From Candidatus Bathyarchaeota archaeon (GTDB taxonomy: Archaea; Thermoproteota; Bathyarchaeia; Bathyarchaeales; Bathycorpusculaceae): a stretch of DNA of 64,000 bases. The position numbers were made by a program, and so were the translations under genes. This document shows, piece after piece, positions 1 through 10,321 of the stretch (position 1 is the stretch's first letter; the number at the start of each line of letters is the position of its first letter). The notes beneath the pieces are model-generated. The model was not told the origin of the DNA. It did not search any database and saw only the letters and a program-made list of their open reading frames with translations. Where the stretch lies: assembly GCA_963828195.1 (NCBI GenBank), contig CAWHDT010000001.1, positions 160,001 through 224,000 of the forward strand, given 5' to 3'.

Positions 1-25
1 ATATCGTTCGTTATAGAATTTAGTC

Positions 26-50
26 GGTGAAGCCGCTGGGTCTAAGACCC
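26..50 (-). repeat. Degenerate tRNA 3'-end remnant, family B
   Basis: Plus strand GGTGAAGCCGCTGGGTCTAAGACCC resembles the reverse complement of a T-arm plus acceptor end (TGGTGGAGCCGCTGGGATTTGAACCC) and the copies at 135-158 and 12873-12897. Confidence 0.4.
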
Positions 51-78
51 AAAAAGGGTTCGGAACTTTTTATATTAC

Positions 79-120
79 TGGACGGGGGAAACTAGCACCA
101 ATTTACCAGTAAAACCACAG
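79..120 (-). repeat. Inverted, partly deleted copy of the palindrome + tRNA-end repeat (family A)
   Basis: Reverse complement CTGTGGTTTTACTGGTAAATTGGTGCTAG matches 6930-6958 at 23 of 29 positions and is followed by TTTCCCCCG. Confidence 0.6.
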
Positions 121-134
121 AGCTATGTTCCAAT

Positions 135-158
135 TAGTGGAACCGTTGGGATTTGAAC
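135..158 (-). repeat. Degenerate tRNA 3'-end remnant, family B
   Basis: Reverse complement GTTCAAATCCCAACGGTTCCACTA has a T-loop, T-stem 3' side and acceptor-like end; no D or anticodon arm. Confidence 0.55.
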
Positions 159-323
159 GTGCACTCTTGTTGAGTTCACCAAAGGGTTTCTCTTTTCTAA
201 TTAAAAATTCAAGGCAAGAATCTCATTTTCTAATATTTTGTTTTGAGTTCTAAAAAGACTTTGGAACTCTAAGTGTAATAACTGCGCCAGCCCGTTGCTA
301 ATTTGATTGGTTTGTAATTAGTT

Positions 324-1145
324 TCAGTTCTTGCTGTTAGTTTTCTTTTGGGTCTTGGTTGGAGTTGCTGTCGCCCATTTCATTTTGAAATAATCATGCA
401 AAAGTTCAACAACGTCGCAATTGTTTGACCATATGTCTGGAGCCCCGGCGTATGCTGATTTTGCCGATGTGCTTAGTCTTATTTCTTTTCCGTCGTAAAT
501 CCCAAAATTACCTGGAAGAGGGAGCGGGAGAGTTCTAACTTCAAAACAATCAGATTTGTCTAAACCCTCTAATATTTTCTTCAGCTCGATTTCATTTTCA
601 CTTTGCTCAGTGATAATTTGGAAGCTGACTTTTCTCTCAATTGCTTTGTTAAATGCTTTAAAAGAATTTGTCAGTACTGGTCCAAGCTTTTTTAAAGGAA
701 TCATTAAGAGCATTTCTTCTTTCGCGCTATCCAATGCTTTGGCTCTTTCGCGGATAAGCATCTCTTTTTCAGGAATCAAAATGAATTGATTAAGTTTTTC
801 TTTAGAGACATTCTTTTCGAAAGTGTTGTACTTTTCAATCAAAATATCTGCTTTTTCAGATAGTTCTGACTGGTCTTTTCTCTTCCTCTGGAGCAGCATC
901 GATAGGGCGTCAAAAATTGGTATAGCGGTAAACTCATTTGGCGAGGCGACAATTTTTTTAGCTAAACCTAAATCTTGGAGTTTGGAAATCGTTCGATACA
1001 CATCGGGTCGTGAAACACCGGAAACTTTGGCAATTTCAGGCGCCCTTGATGAACCATTCATGACAAGCGCTAGGTAAACTCTTGCCTCTGTGATCGTTAA
1101 TCCTAATCTAGAAATTGTCTGGGCATCTTCGTTTCCGTTAAGCAG
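324..1145 (-). CDS. TrmB-family transcriptional regulator
   Basis: Frame stays open upstream of the listed ATG (1061), giving LGLTITEARVYLAL, then HTH EIAKVSGVSRPDVYRTISKLQDLGL and a C-terminal effector domain (IYDGKEI, WSNN); start probably CTG at 1145. Confidence 0.85.
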   Translation of the reverse strand: MLNGNEDAQTISRLGLTITEARVYLALVMNGSSRAPEIAKVSGVSRPDVYRTISKLQDLGLAKKIVASPNEFTAIPIFDALSMLLQRKRKDQSELSEKADILIEKYNTFEKNVSKEKLNQFILIPEKEMLIRERAKALDSAKEEMLLMIPLKKLGPVLTNSFKAFNKAIERKVSFQIITEQSENEIELKKILEGLDKSDCFEVRTLPLPLPGNFGIYDGKEIRLSTSAKSAYAGAPDIWSNNCDVVELLHDYFKMKWATATPTKTQKKTNSKN

Positions 1146-1377
1146 AATAAAGCCCCATTGTTCAAGTATTAATTAACAATTAACAATATACTTCTTGCAG
1201 GGATTTATCTTTTTTCTCATTATTCTATTTATAACCAATATTTTGCGTGATGGCTTTATAATCGTGTGATTTGACGGTGGGTCACCCACCAACAAATGCT
1301 TTATACTCCCCTAAAACTATGTTTTATTACTTATTTTTGAGCGTTTTTAAACAATAGACATGAAAGGATGAAAAAAC

Positions 1378-2439
1378 ATGAAGAAAATACAAATCCTAAC
1401 AATAGTATTTCTAATTTCGTTAGCAATCTCCGCATTCGCGGGCATACAAGTCAAAGCTCAACCAAATACGTATCCAGTGACTTTTTTTAGTACAGGTCTT
1501 GGCTCTGATGCTACTGGGAACTTGATGACTTTCATGGTTACTGGCGGTTCATATTCTGGTGCTTCTAGTCCGATTGCCGTGGCTGGCGGTCCTGGCCCGG
1601 TTGACGCCGGTTCCATCCTTGTTGACATTACCGCAATAGTTACAGTGACTTTCGTTGATCCTATTCCGAGTACTATCCCTGGTGAACAGTATCGACTTAG
1701 CAGCGTTGATGGCAATGTTACCGGCAATCCTTCCTCAATTCTTAACATAGCTGATGGTGCCCTTCAAATTGTTACTGCTAACTATGTGCTTCAGGACAAT
1801 GTGGTCTTTACTGCTTCAGCCAACGTCCTGGGCGATAGTTCCGCAACGATTGTCACATCTGACAGTTTCTCCTACACCTTGGGCGTAAACACCGCTGGAA
1901 CTACTATGGTTAGCAGTGCCTCCTATGCTGCATCTGCTTTGCCCTACAAAGTTTGGGTTGACGACAGCACTCCAATTGCCTACAGTTTTGCAAGTCCTGT
2001 GGCTTCTTCTACATCGCCATCTACTATTCAGTATGTTTGGAGCAGCACCAGTGGGCTTGATATGTCTCAGTCGGATTCTTTCACTGTTCTTAGCCCAGGC
2101 ACGGTTACCGGCAACTATGTGTCTCAGGCTCCCTATTCTGGTCTTTCACCTGGGTTTTGGAAGCACAACATTGGCGTTTACTGCGGGACAAGTCCGGGAA
2201 GTTACAGCTCTCCACAACCAGGTCTGCCACATGAAACAGCCGCATCAATGCTATCCCTTGCCACGACAATTCTATCCACACATCCCGCCGGCGTGCCTCC
2301 AACTGTAACAACTGCATCTGATTTCCTATTCTGGGCTGACACCCAAATGAACAATCCAGCACTGAAAAACGTGGCCCCAACTTGGCTCACTATTGCCAAC
2401 TGGTTCAACGCAGCAGCAGGTTATACTCCATACCCATAA
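1378..2439 (+). CDS. Secreted Ser/Thr-rich beta-sheet surface protein
   Basis: Signal peptide MKKIQILTIVFLISLAISAFAG; repeated beta modules ending VTANY/VTGNY; C-terminal SPGFWKHN motif. Confidence 0.8.
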   Translation: MKKIQILTIVFLISLAISAFAGIQVKAQPNTYPVTFFSTGLGSDATGNLMTFMVTGGSYSGASSPIAVAGGPGPVDAGSILVDITAIVTVTFVDPIPSTIPGEQYRLSSVDGNVTGNPSSILNIADGALQIVTANYVLQDNVVFTASANVLGDSSATIVTSDSFSYTLGVNTAGTTMVSSASYAASALPYKVWVDDSTPIAYSFASPVASSTSPSTIQYVWSSTSGLDMSQSDSFTVLSPGTVTGNYVSQAPYSGLSPGFWKHNIGVYCGTSPGSYSSPQPGLPHETAASMLSLATTILSTHPAGVPPTVTTASDFLFWADTQMNNPALKNVAPTWLTIANWFNAAAGYTPYP

Positions 2440-3191
2440 GTAGCTGACTAAAAATAGCTCTCCTTTTTTCTTTTTGTTAAAAATCTATCTTTTTCCTGAT
2501 AACTTCCGCGCGTGGTTCTTCAGACCCTTTTCCTCCAATTGCCGCCTATTTATTTTTGCCCTTCAGCCACTGAAGCGTACAAGCCTTGAATGGCCTAACT
2601 CTATCGGCCATCTGTTTCTTAGAGTTTGAACCATAAGCAAAATACCAAACCGTGTTCGTCTGAGACTCGATTTTTGTCGGATACGAAACATCATGCCTGC
2701 ACTTGTCCATTTTCAGTATTTCCGTATACCAAGTTTATGTATGTGAACAGTTGCGCAAACGAGATATCTAACATTTGCTGTAAATTGGCTGCTTTTATGC
2801 CCCAAAATCGCTTGCTTCTTTCCATCAAAGAGTTTTCACCTCTCGCGAATGTTTTTTTGTTAGTTTAATGTTCGGTGCGATAAAAATTACAGTACAATCT
2901 ATAAAGTCATAATAAGCTATAGACATAACATTTATGTTCTCTAGATACTATCATAAAATAAGCAAAATATTCTCCGAATCTTGTTGTAAGAGGCTGAAAT
3001 TCTGTGAAAAAAATTTCTTTAATTAAGGTATTTAAATCGAGCCGAGCTCATAGAAGGCGCGCTTGGTTGCTTACAAAAGCTGTCGTATTATCGAAAGTTA
3101 CAATTAACAAGTCTCTGATCTGGACTATAAGTTTGAAGAAACATGGCGGAATTGAATCAAGGTTTGTCTCGTTAAGGAGGTCAACTCCGTC

Positions 3192-6100
3192 ATGACCCGT
3201 GTGGTTGTAGCAGGATCACAGTTAAGCTCAAAATTCGCAGTAATAGACTTCACGAACCCTAACAATCCAACCGTTGTGAAAACTGACGCTGGATGGCAGG
3301 GGGGTGCTCAAGTCACCTTAGATGGCAGCAACTTGTTTGTGGGCAACCTCCTCACCGGCGAGGTCCAGCTGTATGATGTTTCGAACCCAGCGACGCCGAC
3401 GCCGATGGGAAGCATAACGACAACTCTGAACGGCATAGGAGCAATCGCAGCAAAAGGAAACTTGGTGACGGTTGGAGAGTGGCAGAGCCTATCTGGGGCG
3501 CTGGTTGACTTGATAGACTTCTCGACCCCGAGCAACCCAAACATTATCGGTCAAGCCATAACACCAATTACCACAACCCCTACGACTAGCGGGACTAACC
3601 CTAATCCAGGTGCGATAACTTCAATTGCGTTCTTGAGCAATAATGTCGTAGTAGCCGCTGGGAATGGTCACTACAACGTCGTAGTCGTCGATTTTACGAA
3701 TCCGAACAGCCCAGCCGTCAATGAATTCAATCCATACCTGCAGGGAGCAGGCCCTCAAATCGATGCAGATTCCAAGGCAAATCAGATAGTCGCGGGTGAC
3801 TCTGGTCAAAGTGGAATAATCGAGCTCTTTGACGGAACCTCCCCATATAACAAAATAGGAACAGCGAATACGTCATTAACGGCTATAACGTCAATAGCGC
3901 TATCCCAAGGACTAACAATAGCCGGGAGCTCGTTTGATTTAGGACAGGCAGTACTAGTTGACTTTACCCAGAATCCTGCGACCAAAACGCCGATCACCAC
4001 GATATTCGGCGGCGCGAGCACTGTTGCAATCGACGGGACTACGGGAGCTTGTGGAGATGTCAATGGCAGCACTGTTCAGCTTTTCGACCTCACGCAATCC
4101 CCGCCTGCGCCTTTGGGCAGCATAGATTCCCAGGTCCAATCCATTGGAACCCTTTATACAAAATCGTTCACCGCCCCCGTTCCACAGACTCCCAAAATTT
4201 CCGTTAGCCCGACAGCTCTTGCCTTCGGCAACGTCAGAGTGGGAAGCCCTTCGCAGCTTGTGCTGAAGATCCAAAATACAGGGAACGCGCAACTCAAAGT
4301 AACAGCAATAAAGTCCTCGGACCCTCATTTCGTCCCATCACAGACGGGGCCAGTCAATATTGCAGCAGGACAATCCTCTTCACTTAATATCACTTATACA
4401 CCGACCTTGCAAACGGTCAATAACGCAAATCTGACCATCAATTCGAACGCCGCCAACGGAACGCTAAACGTTCCTCTCTCGGGAACCGGAGGTCTTCCTC
4501 AGATCTCCATATCCCCTACGAGCTTGAATCTGGGGAACGTTCCGGTCTGCGAGTCCGGAACTTCAACGATGATGATTACCAACAGTGGCGGCATCCCTTT
4601 GAACGTGACCTCGATTATCTCCAACAACGGCGCATTTAGCCCGAGTGTCCCGAGTCATACTAGCGCGATTGTTCAGCCTAATGGCTCATTGATAGTTACT
4701 GTAACGTTCAAACCTCAAGCTATAGGAGCGGCGAATGGTGCGCTCACCGTAGCCTCAAACGACCCTACCACGCCTTCGGCAAACGTCACATTGACAGGCA
4801 ACGGATTGCCAACCCCTCCCCCAAGCGTCACGGTAAACCCAACCTCAGAAAACTTCGGCCCCATCCCAGTGAATTATGGTGTCGGAAAAAGAATCACGGT
4901 TGCAAACTCTGGACCCTGTCAGGCGCTTCAAGTGACACTGACATCAAGTGGCCCCCCATTCTACATAACGATAGCTGCCCCGATATCTCTTCCGCCAATG
5001 AACCCCCCCCGTCGTCGATACCATAGGCCCCAACAGCTCTACCCAGTATGTCGTGACCTACTGGCCGACGAAGGTAGCAAACGATTTCGGCACTCTGACA
5101 ATTGCCAGCAACGATCCTGCAAATCCGAGCATCCAGGTTAACCTCTCAGGAAATGGCATCACACTATCACCCATCACCGCTGAGCTAGTACTTGACAAGT
5201 CGGGAAGCATGCAAGGAGCTGCAGCGGGAGGCGTGACCAAAATGACCGCGCTTCAGTCCGCCGTTGACCTCTTTGCCGATCTCGTCCAGACCGGCCAGAG
5301 CAACTCCGTCGGAGCCGTCGAGTTCGACAGCACCTCCTCGGTACTTACTCCCCTTGCATTATATACAGCAACTCAGCAGAGTGGGTTGGAAACCGCCGTT
5401 GGAACCCTCACTCCAGGTCAAACCACCTCTATAGGCGGGGGACTGCAGCTAGGTCAGAATCAACTCCCCACTGGTCAAGCCCCTCGAAACGTGTTAATCG
5501 TCTTCACCGATGGAATGGAGAATACCCCTCCCATGATCGCTACAGTCGAACCGGGCGTCCTTGCAACGGGCAGTCAGATTTTTGCCGTGGGATTGGGTCA
5601 ACCTCAAAACATCTCAAGTCAAGCACTCGCCGAACTCGCAGCCAGCAGTGGTGGTAAGTACTTCCAGACCGATGACACTCTTGTACTCAAAAAAGATTTC
5701 GTTGAGGTGCTCGCAGACGCATTCGCCAACAATCTAGCCGCAGACCCAATCATCACGCTCACCCCAGGACAAGTTTCAGACACCCCCGTTTCGATAACCA
5801 CATGTGAGCAGAGACTCACATTTACTCTGAACTGGGATAACCCATTGTTAACCCTGGCCTTGAGCATAATTGCGCCGGACGGCACGACCTATTCATCCAC
5901 ATCTCCTGGGAACAACCTCTTGGTCAGGTATGGCAGTTGACCCGGATACATCTATTATCAGATCGCCCTCCCCCCAATCGACCCCGGCTCCGGACTCGTA
6001 ATAGGGCCAAGAATCGTTGGCAACTGGATCATGCGAATAAACGCAGTTGGCTTGGCCAGCTCCTCCGAACGGTGTGCGACCACAGTCATGGTAGAAAGCA

Positions 6101-6576
6101 TCCTGAAAATGAGCTCTCAAGTCAATCTAGTTGACGCCGACACTCCAATGCAAATCTCCGCCCAACTCCTTAAAGACGGGGCCAAAATCACAAACGCACA
6201 AATACTCTTGTCAGTGATGGCACCTCTAAAGTCACTCGCAGCCACCATGACACCCGCGGTGGTTTTGCGAGCCAGGCAGGCCGACCAGCATCCTATAAAC
6301 GCTGGACAACCTCCGATGATTCCGACTGTAACCCATAAATACCGCCTCAAACCGAATCAAGATGGCATATTCCAGATAGAATTACCACCGCAAATCATCG
6401 ACGGTATCTATAAATTAACATTAGAAGCCACTGGCAGCGCCTGCGGCGGGCAGTTCCAGCGTCACGCAACTCAAAGCGTGTACTTGGGGAGTCGTAAGGC
6501 GCTTTATACCCGTCCCGAAGTGGCGATACCAGCTACACCAATCCTCACGAAAACCACAAATACTGTGCCCCTATAA
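3192..6576 (+). pseudogene. Disrupted ~1127-aa protein: beta-propeller repeats + three ASH/choice-of-anchor-D-like Ig domains + vWA + C-terminal domain
   Basis: SD GGAGG before ATG 3192; extra C in the C8 run at 5003-5010 shifts the frame (removal gives NPPVVDTIGPNSSTQYVVTYWPT); vWA MIDAS DKSGSM and FTDGMEN; in-frame TGA at 5938-5940, after which the same frame continues into ORF 6031-6576. Confidence 0.85.
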
Positions 6577-6610
6577 CGCTCAAATGGGCTCTCTCAATAG
6601 TCAGTCTAAA

Positions 6611-6657
6611 TTTGATCGATAAATCGACGATTTGGAAACCCCCAGTCGCCCTCTTGA
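6611..6657 (+). repeat. Highly degenerate family A repeat copy
   Basis: TTTGATCGATAAA palindrome-like start; ends in CGCCCTCTTGA, identical to 6973-6983. Confidence 0.35.
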
Positions 6658-6929
6658 ATCTAAATTTGAGTATGCTTTTTAGGGTGAAGGATTTCGACTC
6701 AAACGATGCTGTTCAGGGTAATTCATTAAACCATAAAACCGTAACTGACGCCTCACATAGGGATTGGAACCAAAAGAAGTTCTGAAACCCGAATTCTTGA
6801 ATGGACAACTGTGGAACCACTTATGGCTCTTCTACATAAAGAATTAGTCCCTTGACTTAAGAGATTAGAACATTGAAAACGGTAAGTCTCTAATTGGACT
6901 TGCCCCCAAACAAAGTATAAGTCAATAGA

Positions 6930-6976
6930 TTGTGGGTTTACTAGTAAACTGGGGCTCGAATCCCTTCCCCGGCGCC
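6930..6976 (+). repeat. att-like repeat A1: 14-bp palindrome + tRNA(Ser)-like 3' end
   Basis: GTTTACTAGTAAAC (6936-6949) followed by GGGGCTCGAATCCCTTCCCCGGCGCC. Confidence 0.8.
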
Positions 6977-7294
6977 CTCTTGAGGCTTGATTTTGTTACT
7001 TGAAGGATAAGCGAGTAGAAAAGAGTAAAGAGGTTTGATTATCATCGTGCATTAAGGGTTCGCTATCGTTATGGAACAGGCTATTGGTCAGAAGAATGCA
7101 AACGCTTTGGTATGGCGACACTGAAGCTGAATCTGATTTAACCAGAATCTTTTCCAACTCATACCTTTTCTGAGGTCTCAGAATAAAAGTTCGAACCTAA
7201 CAATTGGAAGATTTGTCAACAACCTACACATTTTATATTTATAGATTAAATAGGTTTTAGATAGCACTGCTGTATTTTTTGCCAATGCATTGGT

Positions 7295-7753
7295 TTATGG
7301 AATTTCGTAGAAACCACACAGTACATAAGTATTTTCTAAAGTTTTCATTATCTCTTTTGAATAGTAAATAGGGACAAGGGATTGGCAGCTATTTACTATG
7401 CTTAACTCATCTGACTCCAGCGTGTTACCGTTAATCCTCATGTTAGTGCATATCGCCGTAATCGAGTTATGAAAAAAGAAGTTCAGCCTGTCATTGCCAT
7501 TAATCATTTTTTTCAGTTTTTCGTTAACTTCATTGTCAACTGCAGGGGATTGTCTTGCGTTTTCCTTGAAGAGCGTTCGGTCTTTTATTCCAGTAATTGA
7601 AACACAGTCCTTAGGCAGCAGTGCAGCTAAAATAATATTTGCCTCGCCAACTTTCATGCGTAGATGCATATTAGGAACTAGATTGAAGTAACACCTAACT
7701 ATATTTTCAACGGCATTTTGAGCATTCATGAAAATCACAAATCTTGAGGTCAC
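7295..7753 (-). CDS. Hypothetical protein
   Basis: 152-aa ORF divergent from the Lrp gene; no recognisable motif. Confidence 0.5.
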   Translation of the reverse strand: MTSRFVIFMNAQNAVENIVRCYFNLVPNMHLRMKVGEANIILAALLPKDCVSITGIKDRTLFKENARQSPAVDNEVNEKLKKMINGNDRLNFFFHNSITAICTNMRINGNTLESDELSIVNSCQSLVPIYYSKEIMKTLENTYVLCGFYEIP

Positions 7754-7945
7754 TAAGGCTCCGAAGCACTAAGCAAGTTATCAAGATATATGTATAAGCT
7801 TTTCGTGCTATTGTAAAAAAAACCAAAATAAGTGGAATATATGCTCAATAAAAGTTTACTAAATTGGTTTTTCTGTAGAACATTGAAGCAATAATTCGTT
7901 CTTAAATGAATACATTAATTAGCTACTTCAAAAAATGAAGTTTTG

Positions 7946-8929
7946 ATGACAAAAGGAATTGATGTAATAAACGCTAAAATTCTAAAAGAACTGCTCAAAG
8001 ACGGACGAAAAAGCTTTGTAGAAATTGCGAAAGAGTGCAGCACATCAAAATACGTCATCGCAAAGCGCTACAAACAAATGAAGAGCAGGGGCATTATAGT
8101 CGGAGCACCAATCCAAAATAGCCCTGCTTGTTATGGTTGCAACCTGACTGCAGACATCCACATCTACACTCACCCTGATAAAGCGGACTCTCTACCTGAA
8201 CTGATTTCTAAAATTCCGCAAGTCTTTGCCGTTTATCACATTGGAATAAACCCAAGTTTAGCGACCATAGTGATAATGAAAAACATAAAGGAATTGGATC
8301 AAGTCAAACAATCAATAAAGAAACTGCCGTTCATTTTGGGAGTCGACACAAAGGTTTGGACGGGTATAAGAAACATTCCAGATAATTTATCGGTACTAAC
8401 GCTTCAAGAAGCAACTGGCAAAGCTGAGAATGAAAATGTAAATGCAAAAAACTCAATCGAAAAATTAGCGATTAAAATTGATGAAATAGATAGTCGGATA
8501 ATTGAAAAACTAGCAATAAATGCGCGCATGCCCTTTAAGACAATCGCTACGGAACTGGGAGTATCAACTGACACTGTGGTAAGAAGATATGAAAGACTGA
8601 AGAAAAACGGCGACCTTAAGGTGGTAGTACAAATCAACCCAACAAAAATAGGGTATTATGCTTATGCCACTTTCAAAATAGCTGTTATGTCTCAAGATAA
8701 TTTGCCTGATAAGTTAGAGAGCCTCGCCAAGATTCCAGATGTCAATAACATACTTAGAACAAGCGGCAATTTTGATTATATGATAAGTTTGATGGTAAGG
8801 GATATAAAACAGCTGACAGCCATTAAAGAAGAAATCGCCAGTATGCCTGGTGTTACAACTATGGAAACAAACGTAGAAAAACTGTTCAGCGTTTGGCCCC
8901 TTCCCAGAGAGTTCATATCAACAGTCTAG
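7946..8929 (+). CDS. Tandem-duplicated Lrp/AsnC-family regulator (two HTH + RAM units)
   Basis: Two AsnC HTHs (ILKELLKDGRKSFVEIAK; IDSRIIEKLAINARMPFKTIATELGVSTDTV), each followed by a ligand-binding domain (RTSGNFDYMI). Confidence 0.9.
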   Translation: MTKGIDVINAKILKELLKDGRKSFVEIAKECSTSKYVIAKRYKQMKSRGIIVGAPIQNSPACYGCNLTADIHIYTHPDKADSLPELISKIPQVFAVYHIGINPSLATIVIMKNIKELDQVKQSIKKLPFILGVDTKVWTGIRNIPDNLSVLTLQEATGKAENENVNAKNSIEKLAIKIDEIDSRIIEKLAINARMPFKTIATELGVSTDTVVRRYERLKKNGDLKVVVQINPTKIGYYAYATFKIAVMSQDNLPDKLESLAKIPDVNNILRTSGNFDYMISLMVRDIKQLTAIKEEIASMPGVTTMETNVEKLFSVWPLPREFISTV

Positions 8930-8951
8930 TTTTATTTCAATGATTTAAGCA

Positions 8952-8998
8952 CAATAGATTAATTTACCACTAAATTAGGTTCGAATCCCTTCTCCGAC
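8952..8998 (+). repeat. att-like repeat A2
   Basis: CAATAGATT (shared with 6923-6931), inverted arms TAATTTA-CCAC-TAAATTA, then GGTTCGAATCCCTTCTCCGAC. Confidence 0.75.
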
Positions 8999-9061
8999 TT
9001 CAACAGCAGCTAAGCAACCTTATAGGCTACGTTTGATATCTATTGTGTTAAAGGAATCTTC

Positions 9062-9355
9062 ATGTCTGAAACAATCACTCTAAGATTGCCGCCTCAAACA
9101 GCCAAGAAACTCCAAGAAATTGCCAGAAAAGAAGGCAAAGACCGCTCAAAGCTCATTCGGGAAATCCTCGAGAAGGGCGTCAAACAGAAAAGTATAGAGC
9201 AAGCCGTTGAACTTTACCGAACCGGTCAGGTTACAGCGTGGAAGGCTGCTCAGTTATCGGAGGTTTCGTTGTGGGCATTCTACAAAATATTAGAAGATGA
9301 AGGGGTCACTTTTCAGTATTCTGAACATGATTTAGAGGAAGACTTGAAAACATAA
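9062..9355 (+). CDS. UPF0175-family antitoxin with N-terminal ribbon-helix-helix
   Basis: TITLRLP...RSKLIREIL; AVELYRTGQVTAWKAAQLSEVSL; C-terminal DLEEDL. Confidence 0.85.
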   Translation: MSETITLRLPPQTAKKLQEIARKEGKDRSKLIREILEKGVKQKSIEQAVELYRTGQVTAWKAAQLSEVSLWAFYKILEDEGVTFQYSEHDLEEDLKT

Positions 9356-9372
9356 GAGGCTGAAAAACACAG

Positions 9373-9906
9373 TTGCAGACTGTCTCAAACACTAGCCCAC
9401 TTATCTGGCTCGCAAAGATTGGCAAACTCAGCATACTAAAAGAGTTGTTTGGTGAAGTCCTCATTTCAGAACAAAGTTATAAAGAAGCAGTCGAAAAAGG
9501 TTTAGAAGAGGGATTTAGCGATGCGTTGGTAATCAAAGACGCATGCGACCTAGGCTGGATCAAGGTCAAGCATCTTAGTGAGCGCCAAGTTGAACTTTGC
9601 CAGAAAATAACGCGGCACAGTTTTGAACTGCATCTAGGTGAAGCCCAAGCTATAGTTTTGGCACGTGAGATCGGTAAGGATGCGCTTTTGTTGATGGATG
9701 ACTCCAGTGGCCGAGCCTTCGCTGAAACGTGGGGTCTAAAAGTCAAAGGGACACTATATGTTATAATGACCGCGCTGCGAAGTGAATTATTAGATAATGC
9801 GGAGGCAAATGAGACAGTGCTAACTTTAGTGCGGAAAGGGTTCAGAATTGAATCAAAGTTACTGGCAAGAACTATACAAGAAATCGAAAAGTGCACGGAA
9901 CAATAA
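9373..9906 (+). CDS. PIN-domain toxin, DUF3368-like
   Basis: VSNTSPLIWL, LHLGEAQAIVLA, LLMDD, GLKVKGTL motifs; follows UPF0175 gene. Confidence 0.88.
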   Translation: MQTVSNTSPLIWLAKIGKLSILKELFGEVLISEQSYKEAVEKGLEEGFSDALVIKDACDLGWIKVKHLSERQVELCQKITRHSFELHLGEAQAIVLAREIGKDALLLMDDSSGRAFAETWGLKVKGTLYVIMTALRSELLDNAEANETVLTLVRKGFRIESKLLARTIQEIEKCTEQ

Positions 9907-9932
9907 GCCTATCGGTTTTAATTGATCTTGTC

Positions 9933-9971
9933 TTTTCTGGTCACAGGGACTCGAATCCACTCCCCGGTGCC
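9933..9971 (+). repeat. att-like repeat A3
   Basis: TTTTCTGGTCACAGGGACTCGAATCCACTCCCCGGTGCC aligns with A1. Confidence 0.7.
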
Positions 9972-10003
9972 CCACTTCGAATTAATCGGTTCGCTTAAGA
10001 GAG

Positions 10004-10321
10004 CTATTGAGTTCTGAGCCCGCTGAGTCTCTTGCCGAGTTCGTCGAAGATAATTTGCTTTTTCTCTTTGGTTAAGTTGAAGAGAACTTTGTTAGCCATT
10101 TCATTTGAGATAGTGAAGATATAGTTTAGTTTTATAACGCTGTCTTTTATGGCTCCTTCACTTTTGGTTAGGGGTATTCCTTTCATTTTGAGATTGCTTG
10201 TTATGCCTGCGATCACAACATTGCCAAGCTCTTCAAAAAGAACCACCGCTGGCCGAACTTTTACCTCATCTGTGTCCGTGAACTGCACGCTTGCCAGAAT
10301 AACGTCACCAGGCTTAAGCAT
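10004..10321 (-). CDS. PemK/MazF-family toxin
   Basis: PGDVILASVQFTD..KVRPAVVL...VVIAGITSN; ATG at 10321 overlaps the upstream stop codon. Confidence 0.88.
   Translation of the reverse strand: MLKPGDVILASVQFTDTDEVKVRPAVVLFEELGNVVIAGITSNLKMKGIPLTKSEGAIKDSVIKLNYIFTISNEMANKVLFNLTKEKKQIIFDELGKRLSGLRTQ

Noticed and set aside
2506-2546. Additional family A repeat after the secreted-protein gene
   Set aside because: CGCGCGTGGTTC...CCCTTTTCCTCC...GCC is only loosely similar and cannot be told from chance by eye
2626-3195. ORFs 2626-2868 and 3004-3195
   Set aside because: Short, no motifs, in AT-rich probable promoter DNA
5938-5940. Selenocysteine readthrough of the in-frame TGA
   Set aside because: No redox motif context, no SECIS-like element recognised, and the gene has a second lesion; a CGA-to-TGA nonsense change is simpler
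6681-7200. Further T-loop-like fragments (about 6682-6700, 6760-6771, 7189-7197)
   Set aside because: Matches are too short or too degenerate to support
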